Origin: a virus
IMG/VR virus record: IMGVR_UViG_3300028027_000047
Span: 52,221-116,220 of that record
Direction: 5' to 3' (one strand)
DNA: 64,000 nucleotides
Numbering within the stretch: the first letter of the stretch is position 1; the number at the start of each line of letters is the position of its first letter. Positions 1-10,587 of the stretch are shown in pieces. The position numbers and the translations under genes are program-made. Below the pieces are notes generated by a model. That model did no database searches. It saw only the letters and a list, made by a program, of their open reading frames with translations, and was not told where the DNA came from.

Positions 1-34
1 ATACACTTAGTAGACACAAGAAGGCGGAACACAA

Positions 35-238
35 ATGACAACGAGAGTAAAAGTAGATCTTTCCTTTACTAGAAATCTTGGTAACTATGAAAGCATTAAG
101 ATTGGCGTAGGCATTGAAGATGATGTAAGGCAGGGAGAGACAGTAGAAGCTGCAACAGAAAGAGTATATACTTTTGTTGAGAACAAACTAATTCAAAAAA
201 CAGAAGAGGTCGAGGAAGAGCTAAAGCGTGGCAAATAG
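35..238 (+). CDS. hypothetical phage protein
   Basis: 67-aa ORF with upstream RBS-like sequence, coupled to the next gene. Confidence 0.7.
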   Translation: MTTRVKVDLSFTRNLGNYESIKIGVGIEDDVRQGETVEAATERVYTFVENKLIQKTEEVEEELKRGK

Positions 239-551
239 TAAAGAGCCATATATCCTTCTCTCTCTCTATCAAAACCTTTACAAAGAGAAGTATGGTAAGG
301 CCCCATCAATAAACAAGTTCCGTGAAAAATGGGCTATGCAAGATGTGATTGATAGTGTAGGATTTGATCGTGCTAAAGAGTTGCTTGAATACTATTTCAA
401 TCTAACAAAGCACGGACATACTATCCAGTTTTTTTTATACAACTTTGACAAGATGGATACAGTCAGGACTGAGATTGAAAAGGATAAGGCAAAGCGTCGT
501 TTGTTACTAGAGGAAACGAAGAAGATGGTAGAGCAAGGCGGACTAGAGTGA
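228..551 (+). CDS. hypothetical protein (possible helicase loader)
   Basis: 107-aa ORF overlapping the DnaB start; function inferred from position only. Confidence 0.6.
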   Translation: MANSKEPYILLSLYQNLYKEKYGKAPSINKFREKWAMQDVIDSVGFDRAKELLEYYFNLTKHGHTIQFFLYNFDKMDTVRTEIEKDKAKRRLLLEETKKMVEQGGLE

Positions 552-1810
552 ATACAGAAGCAGAGTTAATCTCAGCGGTATGCAAAAATAAAGATATTAG
601 TACGCTACTTGCGGATAACGTAGACGATTTATTTACATCACATAAAGATATCTGGGATGGCCTAAAGTCATACTACTATAAGTTTAAAGCCGTACCAGAA
701 GCTGGAATTCTTCAAGAAAAGTTTAAAGACTTTGAGCCAGTAGATGTTAAAGGCCAGACTGGATACTATCTAGACACGCTTAAGAATGAATTTATTTCAA
801 ACAAACTTAAGACTATTATTCTCCGTGCTGGATCATCACTTAAAGAAGATGCTGCCTCAAGAGTTCTTGAGAACATGCAGTCTCAATTAGCTGGCCTCAG
901 CAGGTTCACAAACAATGTTCGAGATCTAGACATAACGGATGCAGATGCAGCAATTAGATATATGGAATTATTAAAGGTACGCTCTGCCGAGATGGGCGGT
1001 TCTCCAGGCATCAAGACTGGTTTTGAGGCCATAGATTTAGCATACCCAACAGGTATGGCTCCAGGCCACCTTATCGTCGCTATTGGCTGGCCAGGACGTG
1101 GTAAGACATGGTTTACATCCTACCTTGCCTGTAAAGCGTGGGAGCAAGGGTTTAAGCCTATGATTGTATCCCTTGAAATGTCACCAGAGAATATGCGTGA
1201 TCGTATTTATACAATGCTTGGCTCTGGACTATTTAAGGCTTCCGATTTTTCAAAGGGAGATATTAATATAGATGACTTCCGCTCATGGTCAACAAAGAAA
1301 TTTGCTGATAAGAATAGCTTTATCCTTATTTCAAATGAGGGCAATACGGAAGTCACACCAGCAACTATTCAAGGAAAGATTGATCAGCATAAGCCAGACT
1401 TAGTTATCCTTGATTATCATCAATTATTTAATGATAACAAGCGAAGCAATTCTGAAGTTGAAAGAAACCGAAATGTTTCTCGTGAATTTAAAATGCTAGC
1501 AGTATCTAACAATATTCCTATTATCGATATCACAGCAGCCACTGCAGATGATGTATCTGATCAGGACAATCCGCCGATGATGTCTCAGGTTGCGTGGTCA
1601 AAAGCTATTGAGTACGATGCCGATATGGCTATGGCCGTACACAGATATCCAGGGACTAACATGATTGAGATTGTGTCACGCAAGAATCGACATGGACATG
1701 AATTTGGTTTATACTTAGATTGGGATATCAACAGGGGTATCGTCAAAGAGATTTATGAGAATCCGTTCCAAAATAATGAATCACAAACCGATAAAAAGAT
1801 TCCAGGTTAG
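548..1810 (+). CDS. dnaB: replicative DNA helicase, DnaB family
   Basis: Walker A GWPGRGKT, SLEM, LVILDYHQL, IEYDAD and KNRHG motifs. Confidence 0.95.
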   Translation: MNTEAELISAVCKNKDISTLLADNVDDLFTSHKDIWDGLKSYYYKFKAVPEAGILQEKFKDFEPVDVKGQTGYYLDTLKNEFISNKLKTIILRAGSSLKEDAASRVLENMQSQLAGLSRFTNNVRDLDITDADAAIRYMELLKVRSAEMGGSPGIKTGFEAIDLAYPTGMAPGHLIVAIGWPGRGKTWFTSYLACKAWEQGFKPMIVSLEMSPENMRDRIYTMLGSGLFKASDFSKGDINIDDFRSWSTKKFADKNSFILISNEGNTEVTPATIQGKIDQHKPDLVILDYHQLFNDNKRSNSEVERNRNVSREFKMLAVSNNIPIIDITAATADDVSDQDNPPMMSQVAWSKAIEYDADMAMAVHRYPGTNMIEIVSRKNRHGHEFGLYLDWDINRGIVKEIYENPFQNNESQTDKKIPG

Positions 1811-2066
1811 AGTTGAATTTTTAGATGACTCTGATATGGTTCGCATTAAGTATCAATATGAAAGCATGCTTACGCACCAAATGAGAGACAAAGGGTATCT
1901 TAGGGTACTTGACATAGACACTAACTTTTCGGTAGAATTTGATGGCACAACATGGATGTTCTTAATGACACTCTATGGCACTTATGTAGGAAAGAAGACG
2001 GCATGGCGGCACGAAGCAATTACGCAAGGAAAGCTGATACCACGCAATACTCTAAGCAGCATATAA
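1776..2066 (+). CDS. hypothetical protein
   Basis: ORF between helicase and primase; ATG at 1776. Confidence 0.65.
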   Translation: MNHKPIKRFQVRVEFLDDSDMVRIKYQYESMLTHQMRDKGYLRVLDIDTNFSVEFDGTTWMFLMTLYGTYVGKKTAWRHEAITQGKLIPRNTLSSI

Positions 2067-3007
2067 AGGCGATTGTAAAAAGCCTTGGCTTACAGGTAGC
2101 GGGTGAAACAGATATAGAGATCTCTTTCTACTGCCCATTTCATTCCAATAGACATAGTGCTAGCTGCAGCATAAGTAAAACAACTGGTGCATGGCTATGC
2201 TTTAATCCATCCTGTGGTGAAACTGGATCGCTGATAGAGATAGTTAAAAGAGTTTTGCATAAGAATGATTTTGAAGCTATGAGATACGTATATTCAAAAG
2301 AGGCAGAGACACTAGAAAACTTTGATGATCTTCTAAACGATATGTTAGAAGACAAGCCAGACTTTGTAGAGTTCCCAGAAGAGATACTAAAGAATTTATA
2401 TAACGACCTGATTGCCAGTCCAGAGGCACAAAATTATTTTAAGTCTAGGGGCATTGATATGTCTTCGATAGCGCACTTTTCTTTAGGCTATTCCCCAAAG
2501 CAAGACATGGTTACTGTTCCAGTACACAGCCCAGACGGCCTTGCAGTTGGTATTGTTGGCAGATCAATATCAGAAAAGAAATTTAAGAACAGTACTAATT
2601 TACCAAGAAGTAAAACTATGTTTAACATTCACCGTGCTAAAAAAATAGGTGACAATGTTATTATTGTAGAGTCTAGCTTTGATGCAATCCGTGTGCATCA
2701 GGCTGGATTCCCCAATGTTATTGCAACACTTGGTGGCCATATATCCACAGAAAACTTGGCATTAATAAATAGATATTTTAATAAGGTTACTCTAATGACT
2801 GATGCGGACCACGCTGGGCGTGAGCTTGCCAATAGCATAGTCTCTAGATTAAACAATAAAGACCTCTTGTGGGCTTCGTATGAATATGGTAAGATATATC
2901 CACATGATGCAAAAGATGCTGGCGATATGACCGAAGAGGAAATTAAAGCCTGTATTAAAAACGCAGTTTCCAATATTGAATATCAATCTTGGACCCATCA
3001 AAAATAA
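2003..3007 (+). CDS. dnaG: DNA primase (CHC2 zinc finger + TOPRIM)
   Basis: CPFH...CFNPSC zinc finger, VESSFDA and DADHAG TOPRIM motifs, KDAGD; start could be 1952. Confidence 0.93.
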   Translation: MAARSNYARKADTTQYSKQHIKAIVKSLGLQVAGETDIEISFYCPFHSNRHSASCSISKTTGAWLCFNPSCGETGSLIEIVKRVLHKNDFEAMRYVYSKEAETLENFDDLLNDMLEDKPDFVEFPEEILKNLYNDLIASPEAQNYFKSRGIDMSSIAHFSLGYSPKQDMVTVPVHSPDGLAVGIVGRSISEKKFKNSTNLPRSKTMFNIHRAKKIGDNVIIVESSFDAIRVHQAGFPNVIATLGGHISTENLALINRYFNKVTLMTDADHAGRELANSIVSRLNNKDLLWASYEYGKIYPHDAKDAGDMTEEEIKACIKNAVSNIEYQSWTHQK

Positions 3008-3049
3008 TAAACAGATGGATTTATACCATCAACTACAAAGGAGAAATAT

Positions 3050-3721
3050 ATGGGAATAGTAAAAGGTCTAAAAGATCTTAATAAAGTTATGGACAAACCA
3101 CAATCAAGTGGTGGCGAAGGCACAAAGGGTCGCTGGGTAAAGTTAGAGGATGCAGAAAGCGTAAAGATTCGCTTCTTGCAGGAACTAGATCCAGACTCAC
3201 CAACATACAACGAAAAGGCTGGTCTAGGATTTATTGCTGTAGAGCACACAAATCCAAAAGATTATCGCCGTAAGGGTCTTTGCACAATGGAAGACCAAGG
3301 CAAGTGCTACGGATGTGAGCAACACCGTAAAGATTACAAGGCGGGATGGAAGGGTCGTTCACGACTTTACATTAATGTTCTTGTTGACGATGGCAAGGAA
3401 GATCCATACGTGGCTATTCTTTCTCAGGGATCAAGTGGTAAAACAATTACCCCAACACTAATTGAATATGCTGGCGAAATGGGAAGCATCACTAATCTGA
3501 TGTGGCGTGTTAAGCGTTCTGGAACAAAGACAGATACAAGTTACACAATCATTCCTTTAGCAAAAGATGAGGCTGCTTTTGATGCTTCATCACTAGAACT
3601 GTTTGAGCTTGAAACAGCAGCAGTTCGTGACATGCCTTATACAGAACAAGAAGCTTTCTTTGCTGGCGAAAGTACTCATGCAGATGAGCCTTCAGCAACT
3701 AGCAGCAACTTAGACTGGTAA
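3050..3721 (+). CDS. single-stranded DNA-binding protein (gp32-like)
   Basis: KIRFL, C-x7-CxxC zinc motif, acidic C-terminal tail, located in the replication module. Confidence 0.75.
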   Translation: MGIVKGLKDLNKVMDKPQSSGGEGTKGRWVKLEDAESVKIRFLQELDPDSPTYNEKAGLGFIAVEHTNPKDYRRKGLCTMEDQGKCYGCEQHRKDYKAGWKGRSRLYINVLVDDGKEDPYVAILSQGSSGKTITPTLIEYAGEMGSITNLMWRVKRSGTKTDTSYTIIPLAKDEAAFDASSLELFELETAAVRDMPYTEQEAFFAGESTHADEPSATSSNLDW

Positions 3722-3732
3722 AAAATTAAATA

Positions 3733-3768
3733 GCGGGGGCAGTCTATTGACTGCCCCTGTATTATTTA
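3733..3768 (+). terminator. intrinsic terminator-like hairpin
   Basis: GGGGCAGTC-tatt-GACTGCCCC followed by a T-rich tract after the SSB gene. Confidence 0.7.
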
Positions 3769-3781
3769 GTAGAATGACAAC

Positions 3782-3988
3782 ATGATCTCATACGAAATAC
3801 CAGATCCTTTTGATACTTTTGTGGCGCACAAGTATAAAGACTATAAGGGAATGCTCTATGACTTCTTTGCAAAAGAATGGCATTTAAAGGCAGCTTGTTG
3901 TGGCGAAGATTTATATGCACCAAATAAAAAAACAATGACAAAGATTAGACTTTATCATACTAGAAACGAATGCATGGGCGGATATTAA
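3782..3988 (+). CDS. hypothetical protein
   Basis: 68-aa ORF coupled (TAATG) to dnaE. Confidence 0.65.
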   Translation: MISYEIPDPFDTFVAHKYKDYKGMLYDFFAKEWHLKAACCGEDLYAPNKKTMTKIRLYHTRNECMGGY

Positions 3989-6900
3989 TGAGTTTTACAC
4001 ACCTACATGTTCATTCATACTATTCATTAATGGATGGACTAAATTCACCTAAAGAATTATGCCAAGCAGCGTTAGATGCTGGGCAAACTGCGATTGCAAT
4101 TACAGACCATGGTACTCTCTCGTCACACAGAGATATGCAAATTGCCGCAAAGGAAACTGGCATTAAGCCAATTCTTGGTGTTGAGGCGTACATTTCTCCA
4201 ACCGATAGGTTTGACAGATCATCTAAAACAGATAAGTCTATTCAGGCCTACAACCATATTATTTTGCTAGCGAAAAATAAAAAGGGGCTGGAGAACATAA
4301 ACATTCTGCAAGAGCTTGCTTGGAACGAAGGCTTTTATCATAAGCCACGCATTGATAGAGAGGTTTTAAATGAGTACAAAGAAGGCATTATCGTTCTTTC
4401 TGGATGTCTTAATGGTCTTATTTCGAAGTGCATTGAAAAGGGTGAGTTCGAAGAAGCAAGGTCTATCTTACAAAATTTTAAGAAAAATTTTGCTGAGGAT
4501 TTCTATATTGAAGTGCAGTCTCACAATCCCGAAGAAATAAATTCAAAGCTTCTTGAATTAGCCGATGAACTTAAAATTAAGGCGGTGGCAACAGGAGATG
4601 CCCATTTTGCTAAAGAAGAAGACAGAATTCTAGAAGAAGCATTACTCATTCTATCAACATCTCCAAAGGCTGATAAAGATATGGACTTTGATATCTCCAG
4701 AAATATGAAGGATATGTTAGATAGATTTAACTATCTTTATCCTGACCGTAGAATCTCATTCCAGGATATGAATTTGTTTATTCAAAGCCGTTCCGAGATA
4801 GAGGCAGACTTTAATAAAGCTGGGATTAATCGAACAGACATCTATGAAAATACAATGGAAATTGCAGATAAGGTTGGAGACTATGACTTCTACCAGGGCC
4901 TGGACCTACTGCCAGTCCCGAAGACTGATGCCGATGAAAGACTAAGGGAGTTGGCTGAAAAGGGCTTACAGAGGCTTCAGAAGGCTTCAGACCCTATTTA
5001 TATGGACAGGCTTAACGAAGAGCTTGGGATTATTGCCAAGAAAAATTTTGCTTCGTATTTCCTTGTTGTTGGAGATATGATTAATTGGGCTAAAGAAAAT
5101 AATATTATGGTTGGGCCTGGGCGTGGTTCTGCCGCTGGATCTTTAGTTTGTTATACATTAGGAATTACTGATGTGGATCCAATTAAGTACGACCTACTGT
5201 TCTTTAGATTTATTAATGAAGAGCGTAATGACTTTCCAGATATTGATACTGACTTTGAAGACCGCAGAAGAAAAGAAGTTAAAGATTATTTAAAGAAAAG
5301 GTTCAAGCACGTTGCTTCTATTTCTACATACACTTATTTTAAAGATAAGGGTGTTGTTAGAGATGCTGCTCGTGTATTTATGGTTCCTCTTCAAGAAGTT
5401 AATCGTGCACTAAAATCTGTAGATACATTTGAAGACTTTATAGATTCTCCAAATACAAAAGAATTTAGAATGCGCTACCCAGAAGTTGTTTGGCTTGCCG
5501 ATAGACTTCGTGGAAGAATCAGATCAGTAGGCGTACACGCTGCTGGTGTTGTTGTTGCAAAAGATGATTTAAGAAAGTTTGCGCCAGTTGAATCTCGTGA
5601 AGACTCTCAAGATAAAGTATCGGGAAGAATTCCAGTCGTCGCATACGACATGGATACGGTTGCAGATATAGGTCTTATTAAGCTAGATGCACTAGGTCTT
5701 AAGACTTTGTCTGTGATCTCTGATACATTGAAGTCGATTAAAGATAGGCACGGCAAGACAATTAATCTTTCCGAAATGACTATGGATGACGCCAATGTTT
5801 ACAAGATGTTGAACGATGGGTATACAAAGGGTGTATTCCAAGCAGAAGCAACTCCTTACACAAACCTTTTGATTAAGATGGGTATAGATAAGTTTGAAGA
5901 TCTTGCTGCTTCTAATGCACTTGTGCGCCCTGGCGCAATGAATACAGTGGGTGCAGCCTACATTAGTCGCAAGAATGGCAACGAAGCTGTGGACTACATG
6001 CACACAATCATGAAGCCTTTTACCGAGAATACATATGGTGTTATTATATATCAAGAGCAAGTTATGCAGGCATGCGTACACTTGGGCGGTATGACTTGGG
6101 CAGAGGCTGATAAGGTCCGCAAGATTATTGGAAAGAAAAAGGATGCAAAAGAGTTTGACCAGTTCAAAGATAAGTTTATTGCTGGGGCTTCAGAACACAT
6201 TACTAAGAAAAAAGCCGAAGCGCTATGGCATGATTTTGAAGCGCATGCTGGTTATTCTTTTAACCGTTCCCATGCTGTTGCTTACTCTATGCTTAGTTAT
6301 TATACTGCTTGGCTTAAGTTTTATTATCCGCTTGAGTTCATGTTTTCAATTCTTAAAAATGAAAATGATAAAGACGCAAGAACAGAATATTTAATTGAGT
6401 CAAAAAGACTTGGGCTAAAAGTACTGCTACCTCATATCAATGAGTCCCAGGTTTATTTTTCTTTACAAGATAATGCAATTAGATTTGGATTGGCTGAAGT
6501 AAAGTTTATTTCAGACAGTATTGCAAACAAGATAATAGAAAGAAGACCGTTCAGTGACTATGCTGACTTTATTGATAAGGCATCGAAAAAGGGTTCTGGC
6601 ATTAATAGCCGTGCTATTGCTGCTCTTAACTCCATCGGCGGTGCTGCGTTTACTGATAACAAAAGGCAAGGAAATGAAAAAGACAATTACTATGAATACT
6701 TAGGTATTCCAACATTTAATCTTGAAGGAATTCCTCCAAGGATTAAAGCTCAGGCAAGACCAATTGAAGAGTTTGACGATCTTGGTTCATTTGTAATGTT
6801 TGGAATGGCTAAGTCCATCAAGCGTGGAAATGGGTGGGCTAGAGTTGAGCTAGTTGATGAGACTGGTTCTGTTGGTTTATTCCATACTGAGCAAACACAA

Positions 6901-7257
6901 ATTGAAACAGGACAGATGTATTTTATTCTAGTTGGAGACAACAGAATAGCTAGGTATATAAAGGTGTCCGATATAAGCCCAGACTCTAGTGACCTATTTG
7001 TTGATTATCTGTACAGAAAAAAGTATGATCTTGAAGAAGACGAGTACATTGTGGTAAACTTTACACCTTACACAACCAAGGCTGGGAAGCAAATGAGCCA
7101 CATCGTCTTATCGGACAGAGACAAAAAGTTAACAAGAGCTATTGCTTTCCCAGCAATGTATAAAATGACTTTAGCAAAAATGCGAGAAGGAATGAAATGT
7201 AAAGTGACGTTAGCTAAACTAGATGACGGGACATTAAATATCAAGGAGATAAAATGA
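3988..7257 (+). CDS. dnaE: DNA polymerase III alpha subunit
   Basis: PHP domain HLHVHSYYSLMDG and TDHG; GRGSAAGSLV; PDIDTDF; YSFNRSHA. Confidence 0.97.
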   Translation: MSFTHLHVHSYYSLMDGLNSPKELCQAALDAGQTAIAITDHGTLSSHRDMQIAAKETGIKPILGVEAYISPTDRFDRSSKTDKSIQAYNHIILLAKNKKGLENINILQELAWNEGFYHKPRIDREVLNEYKEGIIVLSGCLNGLISKCIEKGEFEEARSILQNFKKNFAEDFYIEVQSHNPEEINSKLLELADELKIKAVATGDAHFAKEEDRILEEALLILSTSPKADKDMDFDISRNMKDMLDRFNYLYPDRRISFQDMNLFIQSRSEIEADFNKAGINRTDIYENTMEIADKVGDYDFYQGLDLLPVPKTDADERLRELAEKGLQRLQKASDPIYMDRLNEELGIIAKKNFASYFLVVGDMINWAKENNIMVGPGRGSAAGSLVCYTLGITDVDPIKYDLLFFRFINEERNDFPDIDTDFEDRRRKEVKDYLKKRFKHVASISTYTYFKDKGVVRDAARVFMVPLQEVNRALKSVDTFEDFIDSPNTKEFRMRYPEVVWLADRLRGRIRSVGVHAAGVVVAKDDLRKFAPVESREDSQDKVSGRIPVVAYDMDTVADIGLIKLDALGLKTLSVISDTLKSIKDRHGKTINLSEMTMDDANVYKMLNDGYTKGVFQAEATPYTNLLIKMGIDKFEDLAASNALVRPGAMNTVGAAYISRKNGNEAVDYMHTIMKPFTENTYGVIIYQEQVMQACVHLGGMTWAEADKVRKIIGKKKDAKEFDQFKDKFIAGASEHITKKKAEALWHDFEAHAGYSFNRSHAVAYSMLSYYTAWLKFYYPLEFMFSILKNENDKDARTEYLIESKRLGLKVLLPHINESQVYFSLQDNAIRFGLAEVKFISDSIANKIIERRPFSDYADFIDKASKKGSGINSRAIAALNSIGGAAFTDNKRQGNEKDNYYEYLGIPTFNLEGIPPRIKAQARPIEEFDDLGSFVMFGMAKSIKRGNGWARVELVDETGSVGLFHTEQTQIETGQMYFILVGDNRIARYIKVSDISPDSSDLFVDYLYRKKYDLEEDEYIVVNFTPYTTKAGKQMSHIVLSDRDKKLTRAIAFPAMYKMTLAKMREGMKCKVTLAKLDDGTLNIKEIK

Positions 7258-7505
7258 CAGAAGACATTAAAGTAAGTACAGCAGAAGATGTATTTGGCGC
7301 ACTTAGTGTACCAAAGATTTTGATTGCTGCCCTAGAAACACTTGGCACAATCACTGTGTCAACAGACTTATTTATGAATGCAGCAACGGATGACCAAGAG
7401 CTTAAAGTTGATTATAATTCAGATGATCAAACATTTACATTTACACTAAAAGGAAAAGATGAATCAGGGACAGATAACGACCAGCTCATTACAGACTTCG
7501 AGTAA
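7254..7505 (+). CDS. hypothetical protein
   Basis: 83-aa ORF, ATGA overlap with dnaE, GGAG RBS. Confidence 0.7.
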   Translation: MTEDIKVSTAEDVFGALSVPKILIAALETLGTITVSTDLFMNAATDDQELKVDYNSDDQTFTFTLKGKDESGTDNDQLITDFE

Positions 7506-7848
7506 AGATCTAGAGCTTGTGACTGATTATGGACTAGACGTCCTGTCAGCATTATTGCATGAGACGGCAATTGAAAAAGGTTTTTGGGATAAGCCAAAAA
7601 ACTTTGATGTGCTTGGAAATAAGTTGGCTTTAATACACTCGGAAGTAACTGAAGTTCTTGAAGCTATTAGAAAGAATAAAGGCTCGGAAGAAATTGTAGA
7701 AGAGATGGTCGACATCTTAATTAGAACTCTTGACCTATATGCATCAATGCGTAACGGTGGATTTGTAGAACATAGTTTAGATGAAGTTTTATTTAAAAAA
7801 ATGGAAATTAATAAAGAAAGACCAAGGCTTCACGGCAATTTATTTTAA
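7459..7848 (+). CDS. MazG-like nucleotide pyrophosphohydrolase
   Basis: LIHSEVTEVLEA...EEMVDILIR all-alpha NTP-PPase motif. Confidence 0.85.
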   Translation: MNQGQITTSSLQTSSKDLELVTDYGLDVLSALLHETAIEKGFWDKPKNFDVLGNKLALIHSEVTEVLEAIRKNKGSEEIVEEMVDILIRTLDLYASMRNGGFVEHSLDEVLFKKMEINKERPRLHGNLF

Positions 7849-7878
7849 TGATATAATTGTATAAAAGAAAGAGAATAA

Positions 7879-8883
7879 ATGACTATAGCGATAGACGATA
7901 TCCTAGCGGCACTAGATCCAAAAACAAGAGCAAGAGTTAAAGCAGCACAAGATGTAAAAGTAGAAAAGCAAAAGACACCAAGCATTGGCCTAAACATGGC
8001 ATTAAAGGGAGGTCTTGGCTACGGAAGACAGGTTCTTGTTTGGGGAAATAAATCCGCAGGAAAGTCTTCATTCTGTTTACAGATGATTGCGCTTGCTCAA
8101 AAAGAAGGCAAGACTTGTGCATGGATTGACGCCGAAGCATCATACGATCAGGCTTGGGCTGAGATGCTTGGGGTAGATTCCTCTTCCCTTATCTATTCAC
8201 CAGCTAAAACAGTTAATGATATGGTTGATGTTGCTACAAAGCTAATGGATGCTGGTGTTGATATTATTGTAGTAGATTCTATATCTGCCCTACTGCCAGC
8301 CATTTATTTTGAAAAAGATGGTAATGAAATGAAAGATTTGCAAGACACAAAGCAAATCGGCGCTGAAGCAAAGGATATGACTCACGCAGTCAAGATGTTA
8401 AACTATGCAAACAAGAACACACTATTGGTACTCATCTCACAACAAAGAAATCAGTTTGGATCTATGCATGCCTCCCACATACCGACAGGAGGAATGGCAG
8501 TCAAGTTCTTCTCTTCCACCGTCATTAAGCTTTGGTCTTCTGAGGCTGAAGCTAATGCTATCAAAGCAGGCGTTAAGGTTGGTGACAAGATTATTGAACA
8601 AAGAGTTGGCAGACCAGTCAATTGGATTATTGATTACAACAAGCTCGGCCCCCCTAACTTATCTGGACAATACGATTTCTACTACCAAGGAGAATCTCTA
8701 GGAGTTGATCTTGTTGGAGAGACTCTGGATGTCGCAGAAATGGTTGGCGCTATAGAAAAGGGCGGCGCTTGGTACACTATAAATGGAGAAAGATTACAGG
8801 GTCGTGCAAAAGCTGTCACATACTTAAAAGATAATCCAAAGGTTGTTGATCAGCTAATTAAGGACATTGATGCCAAATCTTAA
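7879..8883 (+). CDS. recA: RecA recombinase
   Basis: GNKSAGKS Walker A, WIDAE, IVVDSISAL, TGGMAVKFFSS, KGGAWY. Confidence 0.95.
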   Translation: MTIAIDDILAALDPKTRARVKAAQDVKVEKQKTPSIGLNMALKGGLGYGRQVLVWGNKSAGKSSFCLQMIALAQKEGKTCAWIDAEASYDQAWAEMLGVDSSSLIYSPAKTVNDMVDVATKLMDAGVDIIVVDSISALLPAIYFEKDGNEMKDLQDTKQIGAEAKDMTHAVKMLNYANKNTLLVLISQQRNQFGSMHASHIPTGGMAVKFFSSTVIKLWSSEAEANAIKAGVKVGDKIIEQRVGRPVNWIIDYNKLGPPNLSGQYDFYYQGESLGVDLVGETLDVAEMVGAIEKGGAWYTINGERLQGRAKAVTYLKDNPKVVDQLIKDIDAKS

Positions 8884-9067
8884 TGAATTTTTAAAAAATA
8901 TTAATGTTGAAGAAAATATTCTTGATGAAAATATTCAAATAATAAAACAGATGAGGCCTTGCTCAAAGTGTGATTTATATGTTGAGTCATATGAATTCAA
9001 CACAAATTCCATGGAGATGTACTGGAAATGTAAGGATGGGCATGAGACAAGGTATAGTGTTGGCTGA
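8867..9067 (+). CDS. small zinc-ribbon protein
   Basis: CSKC...CKDGH. Confidence 0.6.
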   Translation: MMPNLNEFLKNINVEENILDENIQIIKQMRPCSKCDLYVESYEFNTNSMEMYWKCKDGHETRYSVG

Positions 9068-9369
9068 TGTCAGAAAGATCAGAAGTCAAAAGGGATGGGG
9101 CTAAGGCTCAAAAAAACAGTGGGCGTGGAGATTATCAAAAGGGCGACGCTCAATGGAAACAGTTCCTTGTTGATTATAAAGAAGCAGGATCATCATTCAC
9201 TTTAAATAAAGACATCTGGGCAAAGATATGCACAGATACATTTAAAGTAAATAGAGATATGTACCCAGCGTTAAAAATTATTATAGGTAAAGACTCCAAG
9301 GTTCGACTTGGAATTATCGAGTGGGCAGTTCTTGAAGAGCTGATTCAGTTTTGGGAGAACAACCAGTGA
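9067..9369 (+). CDS. PD-(D/E)XK nuclease / Holliday-junction-resolvase-like
   Basis: NSGRG..KGD...LVDYK motif. Confidence 0.65.
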   Translation: MSERSEVKRDGAKAQKNSGRGDYQKGDAQWKQFLVDYKEAGSSFTLNKDIWAKICTDTFKVNRDMYPALKIIIGKDSKVRLGIIEWAVLEELIQFWENNQ

Positions 9370-9470
9370 CTATGTTTTTATTTGGATTAATGGTAGGATT
9401 TATTATTGGGTATCCAGTCGGACTATTCATTGACAAGTGGGATAAGAGGATTAAAAATGGCGGAAGATAA
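9366..9470 (+). CDS. small membrane protein (34 aa)
   Basis: MTMFLFGLMVGFIIGYPVGLFIDKW, read manually; fills the gap with GTGA overlap. Confidence 0.5.
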   Translation: MTMFLFGLMVGFIIGYPVGLFIDKWDKRIKNGGR

Positions 9471-9795
9471 GAACACACTTCAATTAATTAGTGATATAAC
9501 AGAGTTCAATGATCTGCACGAATATATGCAAGATGAGCACCTAGACAAAGCATTGGCTATTGTTGTAAAGCTATTGATGACACCAGATGTTCCATCAGCA
9601 AAAGCCCCTATCCTTATTATGGAACTTCAAGCAATGTCCACCAAGTTTGCCGTAATGTCTTCTGTGTATTCAACCATTGCTAAGGATAAAGCGGGAACAG
9701 TAAATAACAATAAAAAGAACGTTTATTATTCAGTAAAGGAGTCCATAGACAAACTTGTAGATGCACTCAAGTATGTCGTTAGGTACAACTCATAA
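9457..9795 (+). CDS. hypothetical protein
   Basis: ATG at 9457 preceded by AGAGGA. Confidence 0.7.
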   Translation: MAEDKNTLQLISDITEFNDLHEYMQDEHLDKALAIVVKLLMTPDVPSAKAPILIMELQAMSTKFAVMSSVYSTIAKDKAGTVNNNKKNVYYSVKESIDKLVDALKYVVRYNS

Positions 9796-10587
9796 ATGGC
9801 TAGAGATATTGTAAAGAACCTTAAGTTTAAGAAACATACTGGAAAGTTCTTTGACCCAGAAAAGTTTGCGTCATTGCTTGACGAGTCATATCGTAATACC
9901 AAAAGAGCAGACGGACAGATGACAAAGAAGTCATTTAGCCCAAGCTCACTTGGATATGGGCACGGAACATGCCCTAGATATTGGTATATGGCTTTTTCTG
10001 GTGCAGTATTTATTGATGATAACGATGCTGTAGCGGTTGCCAATATGGCACAAGGAACCCAGGCTCACGAAAGACTTCAAAAGCTTATTGCTACAATGCC
10101 AGAATGGAAAGCGGAAGAAGAGGAGATAATTAATGAGTATCCCCCCATCAGAGGTTTTATAGATCTAATCATGGAGTACGATGGCGAGACTGTAATTGGT
10201 GAAATCAAAACGGCGAAGCAAGAAGTTTGGGACACCAGACAGTCAGAAATGAAGTCGTCAGCAAACCATATGCTTCAGCTATTAACCTATATGAAATTAA
10301 AGAATGCTAAAGAAGGATTCTTTCTGTATGAAAACAAAAACACCCAAGAGATATTAATTATTCCTATTTCAATGAATGATAAGAATAAAGCAATAATCGA
10401 AGAGGCATTTTCTTGGATGGAGCAAGTCTGGGATAACTTTCAAAATGGAGACCTACCAGTAAGGCCATCAGGATCAACTAAGTCAAAGATGCCCTGTACT
10501 TATTGCCCAGTTAAAAAGGAATGCTATGACAAGTCTGGTCCAGTGGGCACAGTAGAAATAGATTTATATAAGGTTCCTAAGATATGA
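9796..10587 (+). CDS. Cas4-like / PD-(D/E)XK exonuclease
   Basis: CPRYW, GTQAHE, GFIDLI, EIKT, QLLTY and C-terminal CTYCPVKKEC Fe-S motif. Confidence 0.9.
   Translation: MARDIVKNLKFKKHTGKFFDPEKFASLLDESYRNTKRADGQMTKKSFSPSSLGYGHGTCPRYWYMAFSGAVFIDDNDAVAVANMAQGTQAHERLQKLIATMPEWKAEEEEIINEYPPIRGFIDLIMEYDGETVIGEIKTAKQEVWDTRQSEMKSSANHMLQLLTYMKLKNAKEGFFLYENKNTQEILIIPISMNDKNKAIIEEAFSWMEQVWDNFQNGDLPVRPSGSTKSKMPCTYCPVKKECYDKSGPVGTVEIDLYKVPKI

Noticed and set aside
9796-10587. Cas4 as part of a CRISPR-Cas system
   Set aside because: It is a solo Cas4-like nuclease within the RecA/RuvC recombination module, common in phages; no array is present
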